Below, piece by piece: positions 1-9,610 of a stretch of DNA of 64,000 nucleotides. How positions within the stretch are numbered: the first letter of the stretch is position 1; each line of letters starts with the position of its first letter. The stretch is from an uncultured candidate division Zixibacteria bacterium (GTDB lineage Bacteria > Zixibacteria > MSB-5A5 > GN15 > FEB-12). The notes under the pieces were generated by a model. It saw only the letters and a program-made list of their open reading frames with translations, did not search any database and was not told the DNA's origin. Made by a program: the position numbers and the translations under genes. The DNA is taken from the NCBI GenBank assembly GCA_963664195.1, contig OY760907.1:2720001-2784000 (forward strand), read 5' to 3'.

Positions 1-300
1 GGTAAAACTGCCAGTGGAGTCATAGGTATGCGGGAAGCCGCCGGAATCGGTGAAGGCCGTGAGCGTGTCACCGTCGCCGAAGTCCCAGTACCATTCGTCA
101 ATCGGTCCGCTGGATTGATCCCGGAAGAGGACTGTCAACGGAACGCAGCCGGAGTCAGGCGTGACCGTGAATTCTGCGGTTGGGTTGCCCGCAGTTGTGA
201 TTTCGAGGGTCTCGGTAATGAGGTCATCGCAGCCGGGAGTAAAACAAGCTACAACTATCAGCGCTGCAAGGGCTAAAACGACAATCCTGGGTCTGAGCAT
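1..300 (-). CDS. PKD-domain lipoprotein, N-terminal part (runs off the window edge)
   Basis: Not in the ORF track. Manual translation from ATG at 300 gives MLRPRIVVLALAALIVVACFTPGCDD...PTAEFTVTPDSGCVPLTVLFRDQSSGPIDEWYWDFGDG...HTYDSTGSFT: signal peptide with a candidate lipidated Cys, and the PKD signature WDFGDG. Confidence 0.85.
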   Translation of the reverse strand, partial: MLRPRIVVLALAALIVVACFTPGCDDLITETLEITTAGNPTAEFTVTPDSGCVPLTVLFRDQSSGPIDEWYWDFGDGDTLTAFTDSGGFPHTYDSTGSFT

Positions 301-345
301 AGATAAAAATCCATCTGTGTGGAGTCACGTGCATTTACGGTTATA

Positions 346-374
346 CATATACGCCGCAATAAGGTTGGTGTCAA
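346..374 (-). promoter_or_regulatory. Putative sigma70 promoter for the PKD gene
   Basis: Minus strand TTGACA-17 nt-TATATG. Confidence 0.5.
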
Positions 375-658
375 ATCTTTATTGGCGGCTCCCGGATAGA
401 CGAAAGTATTCGTCGGTCAGTGGAACCTAGAGACAGGCAACGGTTTATAAGGACCAAAATCTGTGGTGTGGGTGCTAAAAACGTTGCCATGTTTCACGGA
501 TTTGTTTATGTTCCGACCTTAAGTCAGCCCGGTGTGCGGCAGCGTGCCTGGTCGCGACCGGCGTACAGATAATACAGGTATTGATTGAACTTTGACCCGC
601 TACATGCCCGGTACGTTGTGTTGCCCAGTTGCGGGCCTTTTTCTGTCTGGAGTGAAGA

Positions 659-3349
659 GTGAAAACATGGCTTAATCTGCTGTTCGTTCTCTGTCTTCTG
701 CCGACTTTTGCGACCGCTGAGGTCGCCGAGAGTTTCAGTATCGAGGCGGCTCCGCAATCGGGGGTGGCTTCGAACACTGCTATCGATTGTATTGCCCACG
801 GGGTCAGCCCGACGGGTATTTGGACCGCTACGGCCAAGGGAGTCAACTACTCATTCGACGGGGGAGATACGTGGTCTTATTACAGCGATGCAACCGGGTT
901 GCCGAGCAATAATCTCTCGGCCCTCTATTCCATTGGCGGACGCCTCTGGGTGGCGACCAACCACGAGGAGATGATCTCTGGTGACTTGCATTCGCTGTCA
1001 GATGGGCTTACGTACACCGATGACAACGGGGCGACCTGGACGCAGATCAATTTCGGGTCTGACGGCCTGAATATTCCGTATGTCTGGGGTGGTGACCGCA
1101 CTATCTTCGACATTACCGGTCATGTTGATCCGGGGTTTTTCAACAACAGACTGACGGACAACGATGCTAACTGGCTGTTTTTTGCAGCGTTTGCAGGTGG
1201 GTTCCTGGCCTCTCAGGATGGCGGGATAACCTGGCGGCGGATTTATGCCAGCCCTGCGGATTCCGTGCAGTTCAATACGACCACCGAAGCGCCGTCGTAT
1301 CGCAATCGGTACTTCGCCTGTGCCGCAGATACTTCGCACGGCGACTCCCTGTTTGTGTGGGGGGGTACTTCCGGGGGCGTTTTCCAGTACGTCTATTCTC
1401 CTCCGAGAGAGAAGCTGTATTCGCACCTGATCAACTCCGTGGCATTCTGTGACACCTGCGAGGACAGCGACTCCCTTCCGATTTTCATCGGCGGCGGCAA
1501 CTCGTTCTCACGAAGCACGGTGAGTGCCGGTTCGTTTGTCTCCCGGTTTGAGATCGACGGTCTTCCAGGGAAAAGCATCAGCGCGATAACCGACGTCGGC
1601 GGTCGGCTACTGGCCGGAACGACCGACACGATTGCGGGGGTATCAACCGGCCTGGTCTTCTCGGACGATCAGGGAGACTCTTTTGCTCCGGTAGTGCTCC
1701 CAGAGGTGCAGGGCGCGAACAATACCGTGACGCATTTTATGAGTCTGGCTGACCGAGTGTACATGGCTGCCGGGCAGGCCGGTTTGTTTGCCTCGACTGA
1801 CACCGGCATGACCTGGGAACGCATTCTTCTGGACTCGGTGAATCTCCTGAGTGCGAAGAACGCCGTGTATGATATGGCAATGTCGGGTGACACGCTCATG
1901 ATTGGCACCGACACCGGCCTGGTCGAGTGCACAGTGGATATGGGCGGGGAGCTGACGGAGACCCGGTACACGCCGTTCGAGGATGGCGCTGCCTCTGGTG
2001 CCCGCATCATCTGCGTGGCTCCGCAGTTGTATCTGGATACGCTCGACAATGTAGATTCGACGGCGCTCTGGACGGTCCATCGAAGCGTCGGTGAGGACGG
2101 TGTGCCGATGGTGGGCAGGCGCTCGACGTACGTTGAGTGGGATGTCGTACAGATTGAGGGTACGGATCCACCCGAGTACGACAGTACTTTCGTCGACAGC
2201 AGTCTGGTGTGGGCGTTCTATATGGTAGATACTCTTGTCAACGATATCGGGTTTATCGGCGACTCGGCGTTTGTGGTTGGCAACGCCGGCATCTGGTTCA
2301 GTCCTCTCGGGGGGGCGCCGAACAGTCGTTTCTCCGCCCGCCAGTATGTATCTGACTCGATCGTAGTTGCCACTATGGACAATGACATTATCACGTTGAT
2401 GGAGACACGCGGAGACTACGTGGTTTTTGGTGCCGTCAACGCTATGGCGGTTTCAAGGGATCGCGGTCACAGTTTCCGGATTATTCGCCCCAATACGGAC
2501 TCTCTTGCTGCTGACGTAGTGATCAACCACACGTACATCGGAAGCGGGTTTGGTCTTGCGGGTGATTTCATTCCGGCCGTTGACGTTCAATACGTCGATG
2601 ACGGACCTGCCCGGATTTGGGCGGGGGCACGACCGGCGGTTGTTGGTACGACTGGCATCTCGGTAGGTGAATATAGAACGCTTACGAACGGCGACGGCGA
2701 CTCGACCGGATTCGGGCTGGATTGGAAAGTTCTGCTCGATGGCGAGTATGCCTGGAATTTCGCCTTTGATGGTGACTTCGTATTTGCTGCCACCAACGAT
2801 GGCTTGTTGATGCACGACGGCTCTCGCGATGATGACGGAACGTTGACGGCAGAATGGGAATCAATCCCGTTTGTCGATGCTGCCAGCGGCGAAGAGCTGG
2901 TTGCGGCCGGGACGGCCGTCTTTGGCGTGGCAGTGGTGGATTCCTTCCTGTGGGCAGGTACTGATGACGGCACGGTTCGTCTCAAACTGAATGACCTGAC
3001 CAGTCAGCGGATGTTTGCCAAAGTAGATTCAACTACGGCCGCTGACGAGGTCTACGCCTACCCGGTACCTTTTGAGCCGAATCTTGGTCAGGAAGTGGAT
3101 TTCCATTTCGTGGTGGAGACGGCGGGGCATGTAACGGTCGAAGTGTATGATTATGCAATGAATCTGGTGGCCCGTCCGATAGACAACGTCTTCTACGACG
3201 CCGGGCCGCATCCGGACGGTTCTTCACAGGGGCTTACCTGGGATGGCCGTAATGGCAGCGGTGATGTTGTCGCGGTCGGTGTGTATTATTTCAAAGTGGA
3301 ATTCGACTCGGGCGACACCCGTTGGGGCAAGCTCGCGGTTATGCCGTAA
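659..3349 (+). CDS. Secreted beta-propeller (BNR/Asp-box) protein with C-terminal T9SS/FlgD-Ig-type domain, PorZ-like
   Basis: Signal peptide; repeated S/TxDxGxTW Asp-boxes; C-terminus VYAYPVPF...VEVYDYAMNLV...WDGRNGSG..VAVGVYYFKV...KLAVMP. Confidence 0.75.
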   Translation: MKTWLNLLFVLCLLPTFATAEVAESFSIEAAPQSGVASNTAIDCIAHGVSPTGIWTATAKGVNYSFDGGDTWSYYSDATGLPSNNLSALYSIGGRLWVATNHEEMISGDLHSLSDGLTYTDDNGATWTQINFGSDGLNIPYVWGGDRTIFDITGHVDPGFFNNRLTDNDANWLFFAAFAGGFLASQDGGITWRRIYASPADSVQFNTTTEAPSYRNRYFACAADTSHGDSLFVWGGTSGGVFQYVYSPPREKLYSHLINSVAFCDTCEDSDSLPIFIGGGNSFSRSTVSAGSFVSRFEIDGLPGKSISAITDVGGRLLAGTTDTIAGVSTGLVFSDDQGDSFAPVVLPEVQGANNTVTHFMSLADRVYMAAGQAGLFASTDTGMTWERILLDSVNLLSAKNAVYDMAMSGDTLMIGTDTGLVECTVDMGGELTETRYTPFEDGAASGARIICVAPQLYLDTLDNVDSTALWTVHRSVGEDGVPMVGRRSTYVEWDVVQIEGTDPPEYDSTFVDSSLVWAFYMVDTLVNDIGFIGDSAFVVGNAGIWFSPLGGAPNSRFSARQYVSDSIVVATMDNDIITLMETRGDYVVFGAVNAMAVSRDRGHSFRIIRPNTDSLAADVVINHTYIGSGFGLAGDFIPAVDVQYVDDGPARIWAGARPAVVGTTGISVGEYRTLTNGDGDSTGFGLDWKVLLDGEYAWNFAFDGDFVFAATNDGLLMHDGSRDDDGTLTAEWESIPFVDAASGEELVAAGTAVFGVAVVDSFLWAGTDDGTVRLKLNDLTSQRMFAKVDSTTAADEVYAYPVPFEPNLGQEVDFHFVVETAGHVTVEVYDYAMNLVARPIDNVFYDAGPHPDGSSQGLTWDGRNGSGDVVAVGVYYFKVEFDSGDTRWGKLAVMP

Positions 3350-3358
3350 GAGGAGAGA

Positions 3359-4345
3359 GTGATGCGGAAGCTATTCATTTGTCTGATATGTCTTGTTGCT
3401 GTCTCTGCCGCTCCCGTTCTGGGAGCTGACGGCAGCGGCGGCTATGCCGGTTCCTTCTTCCAGGTCCCCGCAGGTGCGCGGCCAACTGCCATGGGTGGGG
3501 CTTACCTGGCCGTGTCGAACGACGGGGCCGCGCCGCTGTTCAATCCTGCTGGACTGGCCACGTTGAAGAGACCGCTTTTTGGTACTTCGTATCGTGTTAT
3601 GCAGCTTGATCGAACGCTTGGTTACGCCACCGTGGCGTTCCCGGTGCGGGGTGAATCCACTATCGGTGCCCACTGGCTGTACGCCGGGACCGGATCGGTA
3701 GAGGCTCGGGATTCCGACGGTGATCTGCTGGGCCGTGATATCAATATGAACAATCACCAATTCTCGATTTTGTTTGCCAAACGGTTTGAGGATTTCTTTT
3801 CCGTTGGTGTGAACCTGAGCTATCTGTATTCGGTTATGCCGGAGATGAGTGCCAATACGGTCGGGTTTGATTTTGGTGTGATGCTGTACGTCGAGAAACT
3901 GTTTGACCGCGAGAGGCGTGACAAGCTGCCGATTCGCGATTTGCAGGTGGGTTTGACGGTGAAACACATCTCCAAAGAGTACCGCTGGAACAGCGAGAAA
4001 TACGAACATCGGTACACGACCGACGGTGTTGGTGCCGAACAGATCGACGACGTACCGGAGGAATTCGGAATAGGCGTTTCCGGTCGACTGTTCGAGCGCA
4101 AACTGCTTCTGGCCGCCGATCTGTTGAAGGATCAGGAGCGAAGCGCCGAGTTCCACGCCGGGGCCGAATACTACCTGCGGCCCGAGTTCGCACTGAGAGC
4201 CGGCTACGGTGACAGCAGGCTCACGGCTGGCACAGGCTACATATTCAAGATCGGAAAGCAGCAGTTGGGCATAGATTATGCCTTCAGCACCGATAAGGCG
4301 GATGAAGGCTCTGAGCACATTTTCTCGTTCGATCTGGCGTTTTAG
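3359..4345 (+). CDS. PorV/PorQ (UPF0164/FadL-like) outer-membrane beta-barrel
   Basis: Signal peptide; GARPTAMGGAYLAVSNDGAAPLFNPAGLA motif; amphipathic strands; terminal Phe. Confidence 0.85.
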   Translation: MMRKLFICLICLVAVSAAPVLGADGSGGYAGSFFQVPAGARPTAMGGAYLAVSNDGAAPLFNPAGLATLKRPLFGTSYRVMQLDRTLGYATVAFPVRGESTIGAHWLYAGTGSVEARDSDGDLLGRDINMNNHQFSILFAKRFEDFFSVGVNLSYLYSVMPEMSANTVGFDFGVMLYVEKLFDRERRDKLPIRDLQVGLTVKHISKEYRWNSEKYEHRYTTDGVGAEQIDDVPEEFGIGVSGRLFERKLLLAADLLKDQERSAEFHAGAEYYLRPEFALRAGYGDSRLTAGTGYIFKIGKQQLGIDYAFSTDKADEGSEHIFSFDLAF

Positions 4346-4360
4346 GACGGAGAGTTTAAG

Positions 4361-5260
4361 GTGAAGACGATAAGAAACGCACTGACGATTTTCTTTGTGG
4401 CCTCGCTGCTGACCGGTTCTGCTGTCGGGCAGGATGGTCTGGCTCTGATGAAGGTAGAGACGGGAGCGAGAGCTGCAGGCATGGGGGGGGCCTTCGTCTC
4501 GATCATCGGCGATCCGAATTCATCGGCGTACAATCCTGCCTCGGCATCGCACGTCAATCAGTTCGGTGCCTCGTTCGGACATAATGCCTACTGGGACAAC
4601 ATCCGAATCGAGACCGGCTGTTTTGTGACCAACTTCACCGGTCGAACCTGGCTGCACGGAGGAGTGAAATTCGCTGCGGTCGATGAGATCGAAAGCCGCA
4701 TTGATGCCTCAAGCGATCCCGACGCACTCTTCGAGGCACACGACATCTCCTTGAAGACCGGTCTCGCGATGAGTTTGGGTGACAAGCTGACCGTAGGTGT
4801 CGCCGGCGGTTGGTATGTGGAGAAGATTGGCGAGTTTCGCGGTTCCGGATTCAACGCCGATCTAGGGGTCGTTTATCGGGTAACGCCGGCGCTTACGTTC
4901 GGTGGTTCTGCCCTGAGTCTGGGGTCAGACATTTCGCTTTCGGCACCGCATCAGGTATCCACCTCGGACATCGCGCTCCCGACAACTTACCGGCTGGGCG
5001 GTTCATACAAGTATGACATATTTCTGGGCGCGGCAGATATGGTGATAGTCGATGACGATGCTCATCTGCATCTGGGTGCCGAGGGGATGCTTCACGAGAT
5101 GGTGACTCTACGAACCGGATACATGCTGGGATACGACAGCAAGAGTTTTACTGCCGGCGCGTCGTTTATACACCGGAATTTTACGATCGAGTATGCCTTT
5201 GTACCGTACTCGAATAATCTGGGAACAACCCACTTATTTAATCTGAGCGTGACGTTATAG
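4361..5260 (+). CDS. PorV/PorQ family outer-membrane beta-barrel, second paralog
   Basis: GARAAGMGGAFVSIIGDPNSSAYNPAS motif; ends IEYAFVPYSNNLGTTHLFNLSVTL. Confidence 0.85.
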   Translation: MKTIRNALTIFFVASLLTGSAVGQDGLALMKVETGARAAGMGGAFVSIIGDPNSSAYNPASASHVNQFGASFGHNAYWDNIRIETGCFVTNFTGRTWLHGGVKFAAVDEIESRIDASSDPDALFEAHDISLKTGLAMSLGDKLTVGVAGGWYVEKIGEFRGSGFNADLGVVYRVTPALTFGGSALSLGSDISLSAPHQVSTSDIALPTTYRLGGSYKYDIFLGAADMVIVDDDAHLHLGAEGMLHEMVTLRTGYMLGYDSKSFTAGASFIHRNFTIEYAFVPYSNNLGTTHLFNLSVTL

Positions 5261-5336
5261 CATATTTCACTTATTAAGTTGCAATCCTTTACTCTGCAAC
5301 AGAACTCACTAATCTAATGAGAGACAGGAGCTAGAA

Positions 5337-6455
5337 ATGGCCAAGTACAAAGTTGCCTGGCTGCCGGGAGACGGCGTTGGCAATGATGTGATGGAAGCGG
5401 CAAAGATCGTGCTGGACAAGATCGATCTGGATGCCGAATATACGCATGGTGATATCGGATGGGAGTTCTGGAAGACTGAAGCTGACCCGCTTCCTCCCAG
5501 AACTGTAGACCTGCTTAATAACAGTGACTGTGCCCTCTTTGGCGCGATTACGTCCCTTCCGAAGGAAGAGTGCGAGGCTCAGCTGATTCCTGAATTGCAG
5601 GGTAAGGGGCACGTGTACGCGTCGCCGATCGTCCGCTTGCGTCAGGAGTTCAACCTCCGAACAAACCTTCGCCCGTGTAAGGCCTACGTGGGCAATCCGC
5701 TGAACTACAAAGACGGCATTGACCTGGTCGTTTTTCGCGAAAACACCGAGGACCTTTACTCTGGCGTGGAATTCCACCCGGTGCCGGATGAACTCCGTGA
5801 ATGCATCAAGAAACACAATAAGAAGATGGGTCGTTTCGACAGCACCCCCGGTGAGGATATAGCCATCTCTCTTCGTATAAATACGCGCAAGGGCTGCCGG
5901 AATATTATCACGGACGCCTTCGAATTCGCCAAGAAAGAGGGACGCAAATCCGTGACGGTGGTCGAGAAACCGAACGTGATCCGCGAAACCTCAGGTCTGA
6001 TGGTTCGTACGGCACGTGAAGTCGCCAAGAACTACCCCGGTATCGAGCTCTGGGAAACCAATATCGACGCGATGTGCATGTGGCTGATCAAGAACCCCAT
6101 GGATTACTCGGTTCTGGTCACCTCGAACATGTTCGGCGATATCGTCTCTGACCTCTGTGCTCAGTTGGTTGGTGGACTTGGTTTCGCTGCTTCCGGTAAT
6201 ATCGGTGACAAGCTGGCCGTCTTCGAGCCGACCCACGGTTCTGCTCCGAAGTATGCCGGTAAGTACAAAGTCAATCCGATGGCCATGCTGCTTTCAGTCA
6301 AGATGATGCTTGATTGGCTCGGCGAGACAGATAAGGGAGCGAAACTCGATGCTGCTCTGTCTGAGATCATCAAAGAGGGCAAGTTCCGCACGTATGATAT
6401 GGGCGGCTCCAATACCACGCTGGAGGTGGCTGAAGCAGTGGCCGCGAAACTGTAG
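5337..6455 (+). CDS. Isocitrate/isopropylmalate (beta-decarboxylating) dehydrogenase family protein
   Basis: LPGDGVG, FRENTEDLY, NMFGDIVSDLCAQLVGGLG and FEPTHGSAPKYAG motifs; substrate not assignable. Confidence 0.93.
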   Translation: MAKYKVAWLPGDGVGNDVMEAAKIVLDKIDLDAEYTHGDIGWEFWKTEADPLPPRTVDLLNNSDCALFGAITSLPKEECEAQLIPELQGKGHVYASPIVRLRQEFNLRTNLRPCKAYVGNPLNYKDGIDLVVFRENTEDLYSGVEFHPVPDELRECIKKHNKKMGRFDSTPGEDIAISLRINTRKGCRNIITDAFEFAKKEGRKSVTVVEKPNVIRETSGLMVRTAREVAKNYPGIELWETNIDAMCMWLIKNPMDYSVLVTSNMFGDIVSDLCAQLVGGLGFAASGNIGDKLAVFEPTHGSAPKYAGKYKVNPMAMLLSVKMMLDWLGETDKGAKLDAALSEIIKEGKFRTYDMGGSNTTLEVAEAVAAKL

Positions 6456-6484
6456 CAAGAGTGCTCTTTTGTCAAAGATCGAAG

Positions 6485-6514
6485 AAGGCGACTCCTCGTG
6501 GAGTCGTCTTTTTT
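6485..6514 (+). terminator. Rho-independent terminator
   Basis: AAGGCGACTCC-TCGT-GGAGTCGTCTT followed by a T run. Confidence 0.8.
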
Positions 6515-6618
6515 GTGCCTGAAAACCGGCTCAGGAGCACGGTTCCACCATATTCCCCTTGCAGCCGTGCATTGAAAATCGTATGAATAGAAGAGGCCGG
6601 TTCGGTGTAGAAAACAGT

Positions 6619-7251
6619 ATGAAAAAGGATGCCATGACGCAGTCTGATGGACGCCAGGAGGTACCTCCGGAGAGAGAGCACGTTACGCCCGGTCTGGCGT
6701 TTATGCTGTTCTTTTTCGGCGGTCTGACCTCGGTCATAATAGGGGTGATCTGGGCCGGTCCGGCGGTTTTGGACATTCATTCTCCGGCTGCCGGTTTCTT
6801 GTTCAGCGGCCTTGGAAGCGCCCTGGTGTTTGCGTTGCATCGCCGGCACGGTTTGCTGGCCTCGCTGTTTGTGGCGGTGGCCCTCGCAGTCGTTTTTGGT
6901 GTGATGGCCGGTGACCTGTTTCTTACCGTGTTAGTCCATTCACTTGCTGTCATGTCGGCCACGGCATTCGTGAGCGAGTTTGTGTGGGGGAGCATTTTTC
7001 AGGACCTGATGTTTGGCAAGTGTACTTACATGGCCATTGTGCTGGCAGCCGCCTCATTGACCGCCACTCTGCTGCTTGCGACAATTTACTCCATGACGAT
7101 GCTCAGCGATTCGTTGATACGTAACTCGGCCCAGGGTTTTCTGATCGGTCTCGGCTGCGGATTGGGTTTTGAAATAGCGGAATATCTGGGGCGGAAGCAG
7201 AAGCGACTTATCCATCACAAGGACACGACCGTGGGCGGGGCCGCTTCGTGA
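6619..7251 (+). CDS. Hypothetical multi-pass membrane protein
   Basis: About 6 hydrophobic segments; start uncertain (6559, 6619 or 6634); GTGA overlap with the next gene. Confidence 0.7.
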   Translation: MKKDAMTQSDGRQEVPPEREHVTPGLAFMLFFFGGLTSVIIGVIWAGPAVLDIHSPAAGFLFSGLGSALVFALHRRHGLLASLFVAVALAVVFGVMAGDLFLTVLVHSLAVMSATAFVSEFVWGSIFQDLMFGKCTYMAIVLAAASLTATLLLATIYSMTMLSDSLIRNSAQGFLIGLGCGLGFEIAEYLGRKQKRLIHHKDTTVGGAAS

Positions 7252-7928
7252 TTCAATCGAAAGTACATGTCCCGTTAGGCCCGCAGCCTGCTCGCTTTGT
7301 CATTGTGCTTGTTCTCATCATTCTCTCAGGCGCAGTACTGGCTGCTCCGCGAGTGCCACGGGAGCCTGCGGCTGCGGTTGAGATTCCCGCTTTCACCGAT
7401 CAGCCTTTTGTTGTGAGCCTCTATGATTCCGAGGGGCACCGGATGGGGGATGTCTACACCGGCACGCTGGACTCGGGTGAAACACTTCGTCGAGCCTGGT
7501 TCCATTCCGGCGATGGAGGTGGGGCAGATGCTGGTGTAGTCCATTTTGCTGATCTTCCGACGGGTTTCTACTTCTACCGCGCGTCCAGCCCTGATACGAC
7601 ATTTGTCGGAGGAATCCCCGTAGTCTATGACTCGATGTACTGGAAGCGGGTGACCGTGAGAATCCGCGCCAATGTCGACTCCTGCCAGCAGATCAGAGGA
7701 ATGCTGTACGATCCGGACCATGAGCCGATCGGCTGGTTTGTCGATTCATTGCTCTGCCAGACGATTACCCTGAAGATTACTGAGTTGCGAGTTGTAGACT
7801 CATTGTCAGACGGAACCGTTGATACGACTTTCGAGCGGTTTGATACACTTCCGGCCGGGAGCTATTACTGGGATCTGAAGTCGGACGACAGTAGTTTCTT
7901 CAGGCGGGGCGTTTTCCCCAAGCCTTAG
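7248..7928 (+). CDS. Exported hypothetical protein with two tandem FlgD-Ig/T9SS-CTD-like repeats
   Basis: N-terminal hydrophobic signal; repeats LYDSEGHRMG...DLPTGFYFYR and LYDPDHEPIG...TLPAGSYYWD. Confidence 0.6.
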   Translation: MIQSKVHVPLGPQPARFVIVLVLIILSGAVLAAPRVPREPAAAVEIPAFTDQPFVVSLYDSEGHRMGDVYTGTLDSGETLRRAWFHSGDGGGADAGVVHFADLPTGFYFYRASSPDTTFVGGIPVVYDSMYWKRVTVRIRANVDSCQQIRGMLYDPDHEPIGWFVDSLLCQTITLKITELRVVDSLSDGTVDTTFERFDTLPAGSYYWDLKSDDSSFFRRGVFPKP

Positions 7929-7938
7929 ACCGTTCAGG

Positions 7939-8544
7939 TCAAGACTTCTTCTTGTTCAAGTGATCGATAATCAGTGTCCGGGCTTCCTGCAAAGCAAGTC
8001 CGCGATGGCTCACCGCGTTTTTCTCATCCATGGTCATCTGTGAGAATCGCTTATCTTTCGGCGGATAGTAGAAGACGGGATCATAGCCGAATCCCTTGTC
8101 ACCGCTAAGCTCCTCGGTGATAATCCCCTCGGCTTTGCCGTCGACTGTCTCGATATTCTCGCCGTCCCACGCTACCGCGATCACGCAGCGAAAACGGGCG
8201 GTGCGCTTCTCGCGGGGGACATCTTTCAACTCACGGATCAGCTTCTCGTTGTTGTCCTGATAGGTGACGTTCTCGCCGGCATACCGTGACGAGTAGACGC
8301 CGGGGGCGCCGTTGAGAGCGTCGACTTCGAGACCGGAATCATCGGCGAGAGCCGGGAGGTCGCAGAAGGCTGAGATTTCGCGAGCTTTGAGGATTGCGTT
8401 TTCTTCGAGCGTTTCGCCGGTTTCTTCGGGATCGGGAAAATCAAGGAAATCATCGCTGGTGAGAATGGTCACCGGAAGGTCGTCGAGAAGGTGTTTGATT
8501 TCTCTGATTTTGTCTTTGTTATTGGTCGCCAGTACGATTTGCAT
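7939..8544 (-). CDS. rdgB: XTP/dITP diphosphatase (Ham1 family)
   Basis: ATNNKDK, LADDSGLEVDALNGAPGVYSSRY, GFGYDPVF, KNAVSHRG. Confidence 0.97.
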   Translation of the reverse strand: MQIVLATNNKDKIREIKHLLDDLPVTILTSDDFLDFPDPEETGETLEENAILKAREISAFCDLPALADDSGLEVDALNGAPGVYSSRYAGENVTYQDNNEKLIRELKDVPREKRTARFRCVIAVAWDGENIETVDGKAEGIITEELSGDKGFGYDPVFYYPPKDKRFSQMTMDEKNAVSHRGLALQEARTLIIDHLNKKKS

Positions 8545-9610
8545 TGTTAGTGTCCTCTATGGAATCAAACTCCTCTCCGAGTACATCTGACTGCCACTTG
8601 CGCAGTGCTGTCGTCCGATTGGTCCACCTTTGAAACTCCTTGTAGAAAGGTGTCTCTCTCTGGGGAGTTAGGTGAGGAGAGGCTGCCTTTACCGCCGACC
8701 TGTAGACTAGGTAGAGGAGTTGCTCTGCGAAAGTGTATTTGTCGTCAGTTTGCTCGTAGTTCCATTGAAACTCACCAGTCTTCATGTTCAACCCGGCTAC
8801 GACTGATCTGGGGGACGGGTGTACGAACTCAGACCCAAAACGCCAGCCTTGCAGAGCCATACTCAGCGACGGGTCGAGCTCCGCTATGTCGGAGGGCGGC
8901 CTATTGTGTTCGACCAGTACCTTCCTCAGAGTAAGTTCGGCCTGTGTCCAAAAGCCGCAGTGTGACCATCCGGTAGGGTCGTCCTTCCGCAACTGTTCTT
9001 GACACCTGTTCCAAATGCTATCTGCCTTGTGTTCCGACAGGGGGCCAAGTAGCGACTCCACAAGGACCGCTCTGAGTTTTTGAGAGAAGTCCAATCCTGT
9101 CCACCCCCCTTTGGCCCTGCGCTCACACTGCCTCGCGATCTCTTCGACACTCGGTATCACTGCACCTTGCTTGAGTTGTTTCGGACCAAGCTGACTGCCC
9201 GTCCTTTCCACAGCTTCCTGGATGTACTTGTCATAGCTGTGCTTGGCTTCACGAAGTTCCTCGCGATGATAGTCTATCGCATCTCTCTTGCACCATACAC
9301 AATAGCGCCGGAGGTCTACGAACTCCCTGTTGAACTGCTCATCGTCTCGTATGCAGATCAGATGAAGGTCTAGTAGGTAGTCGATCAAGGAGCGGCTGAC
9401 AATTCGCTCTATCAACAAGTGCCCTTCTCTCAACGCCGCCAGAGTTCCTCGGACGAGTTCTTCGATTGACATCAGATAGAAGTAGCATAGAGTGTCCGTA
9501 CAACCGAGAGCTTGCGACAGGCCTGTGCTGCGGTTCTTGAGCCATAGCTTTGAGTTGTCGAGTATTTGAGAGAACTCCTGTTGGAAAGTGCTGTCGCCGT
9601 ATACCTTCAT
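8519..9610 (-). CDS. DUF5677-like (putative HEPN-fold) hypothetical protein
   Basis: 363-aa ORF; TGATG coupling to the murI stop; motifs IVSRSLIDYLLDLHLI and WRFGSEFVHPSPRS resemble DUF5677 patterns as recalled. Confidence 0.6.
   Translation of the reverse strand: MKVYGDSTFQQEFSQILDNSKLWLKNRSTGLSQALGCTDTLCYFYLMSIEELVRGTLAALREGHLLIERIVSRSLIDYLLDLHLICIRDDEQFNREFVDLRRYCVWCKRDAIDYHREELREAKHSYDKYIQEAVERTGSQLGPKQLKQGAVIPSVEEIARQCERRAKGGWTGLDFSQKLRAVLVESLLGPLSEHKADSIWNRCQEQLRKDDPTGWSHCGFWTQAELTLRKVLVEHNRPPSDIAELDPSLSMALQGWRFGSEFVHPSPRSVVAGLNMKTGEFQWNYEQTDDKYTFAEQLLYLVYRSAVKAASPHLTPQRETPFYKEFQRWTNRTTALRKWQSDVLGEEFDSIEDTNNANRTGDQ

Noticed and set aside
28..846. Short ORFs in the track (28-276, 161-430, 475-846, 524-799)
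   Set aside because: The real coding frames are the minus-strand PKD gene (1-300) and the plus-strand gene starting at 659.
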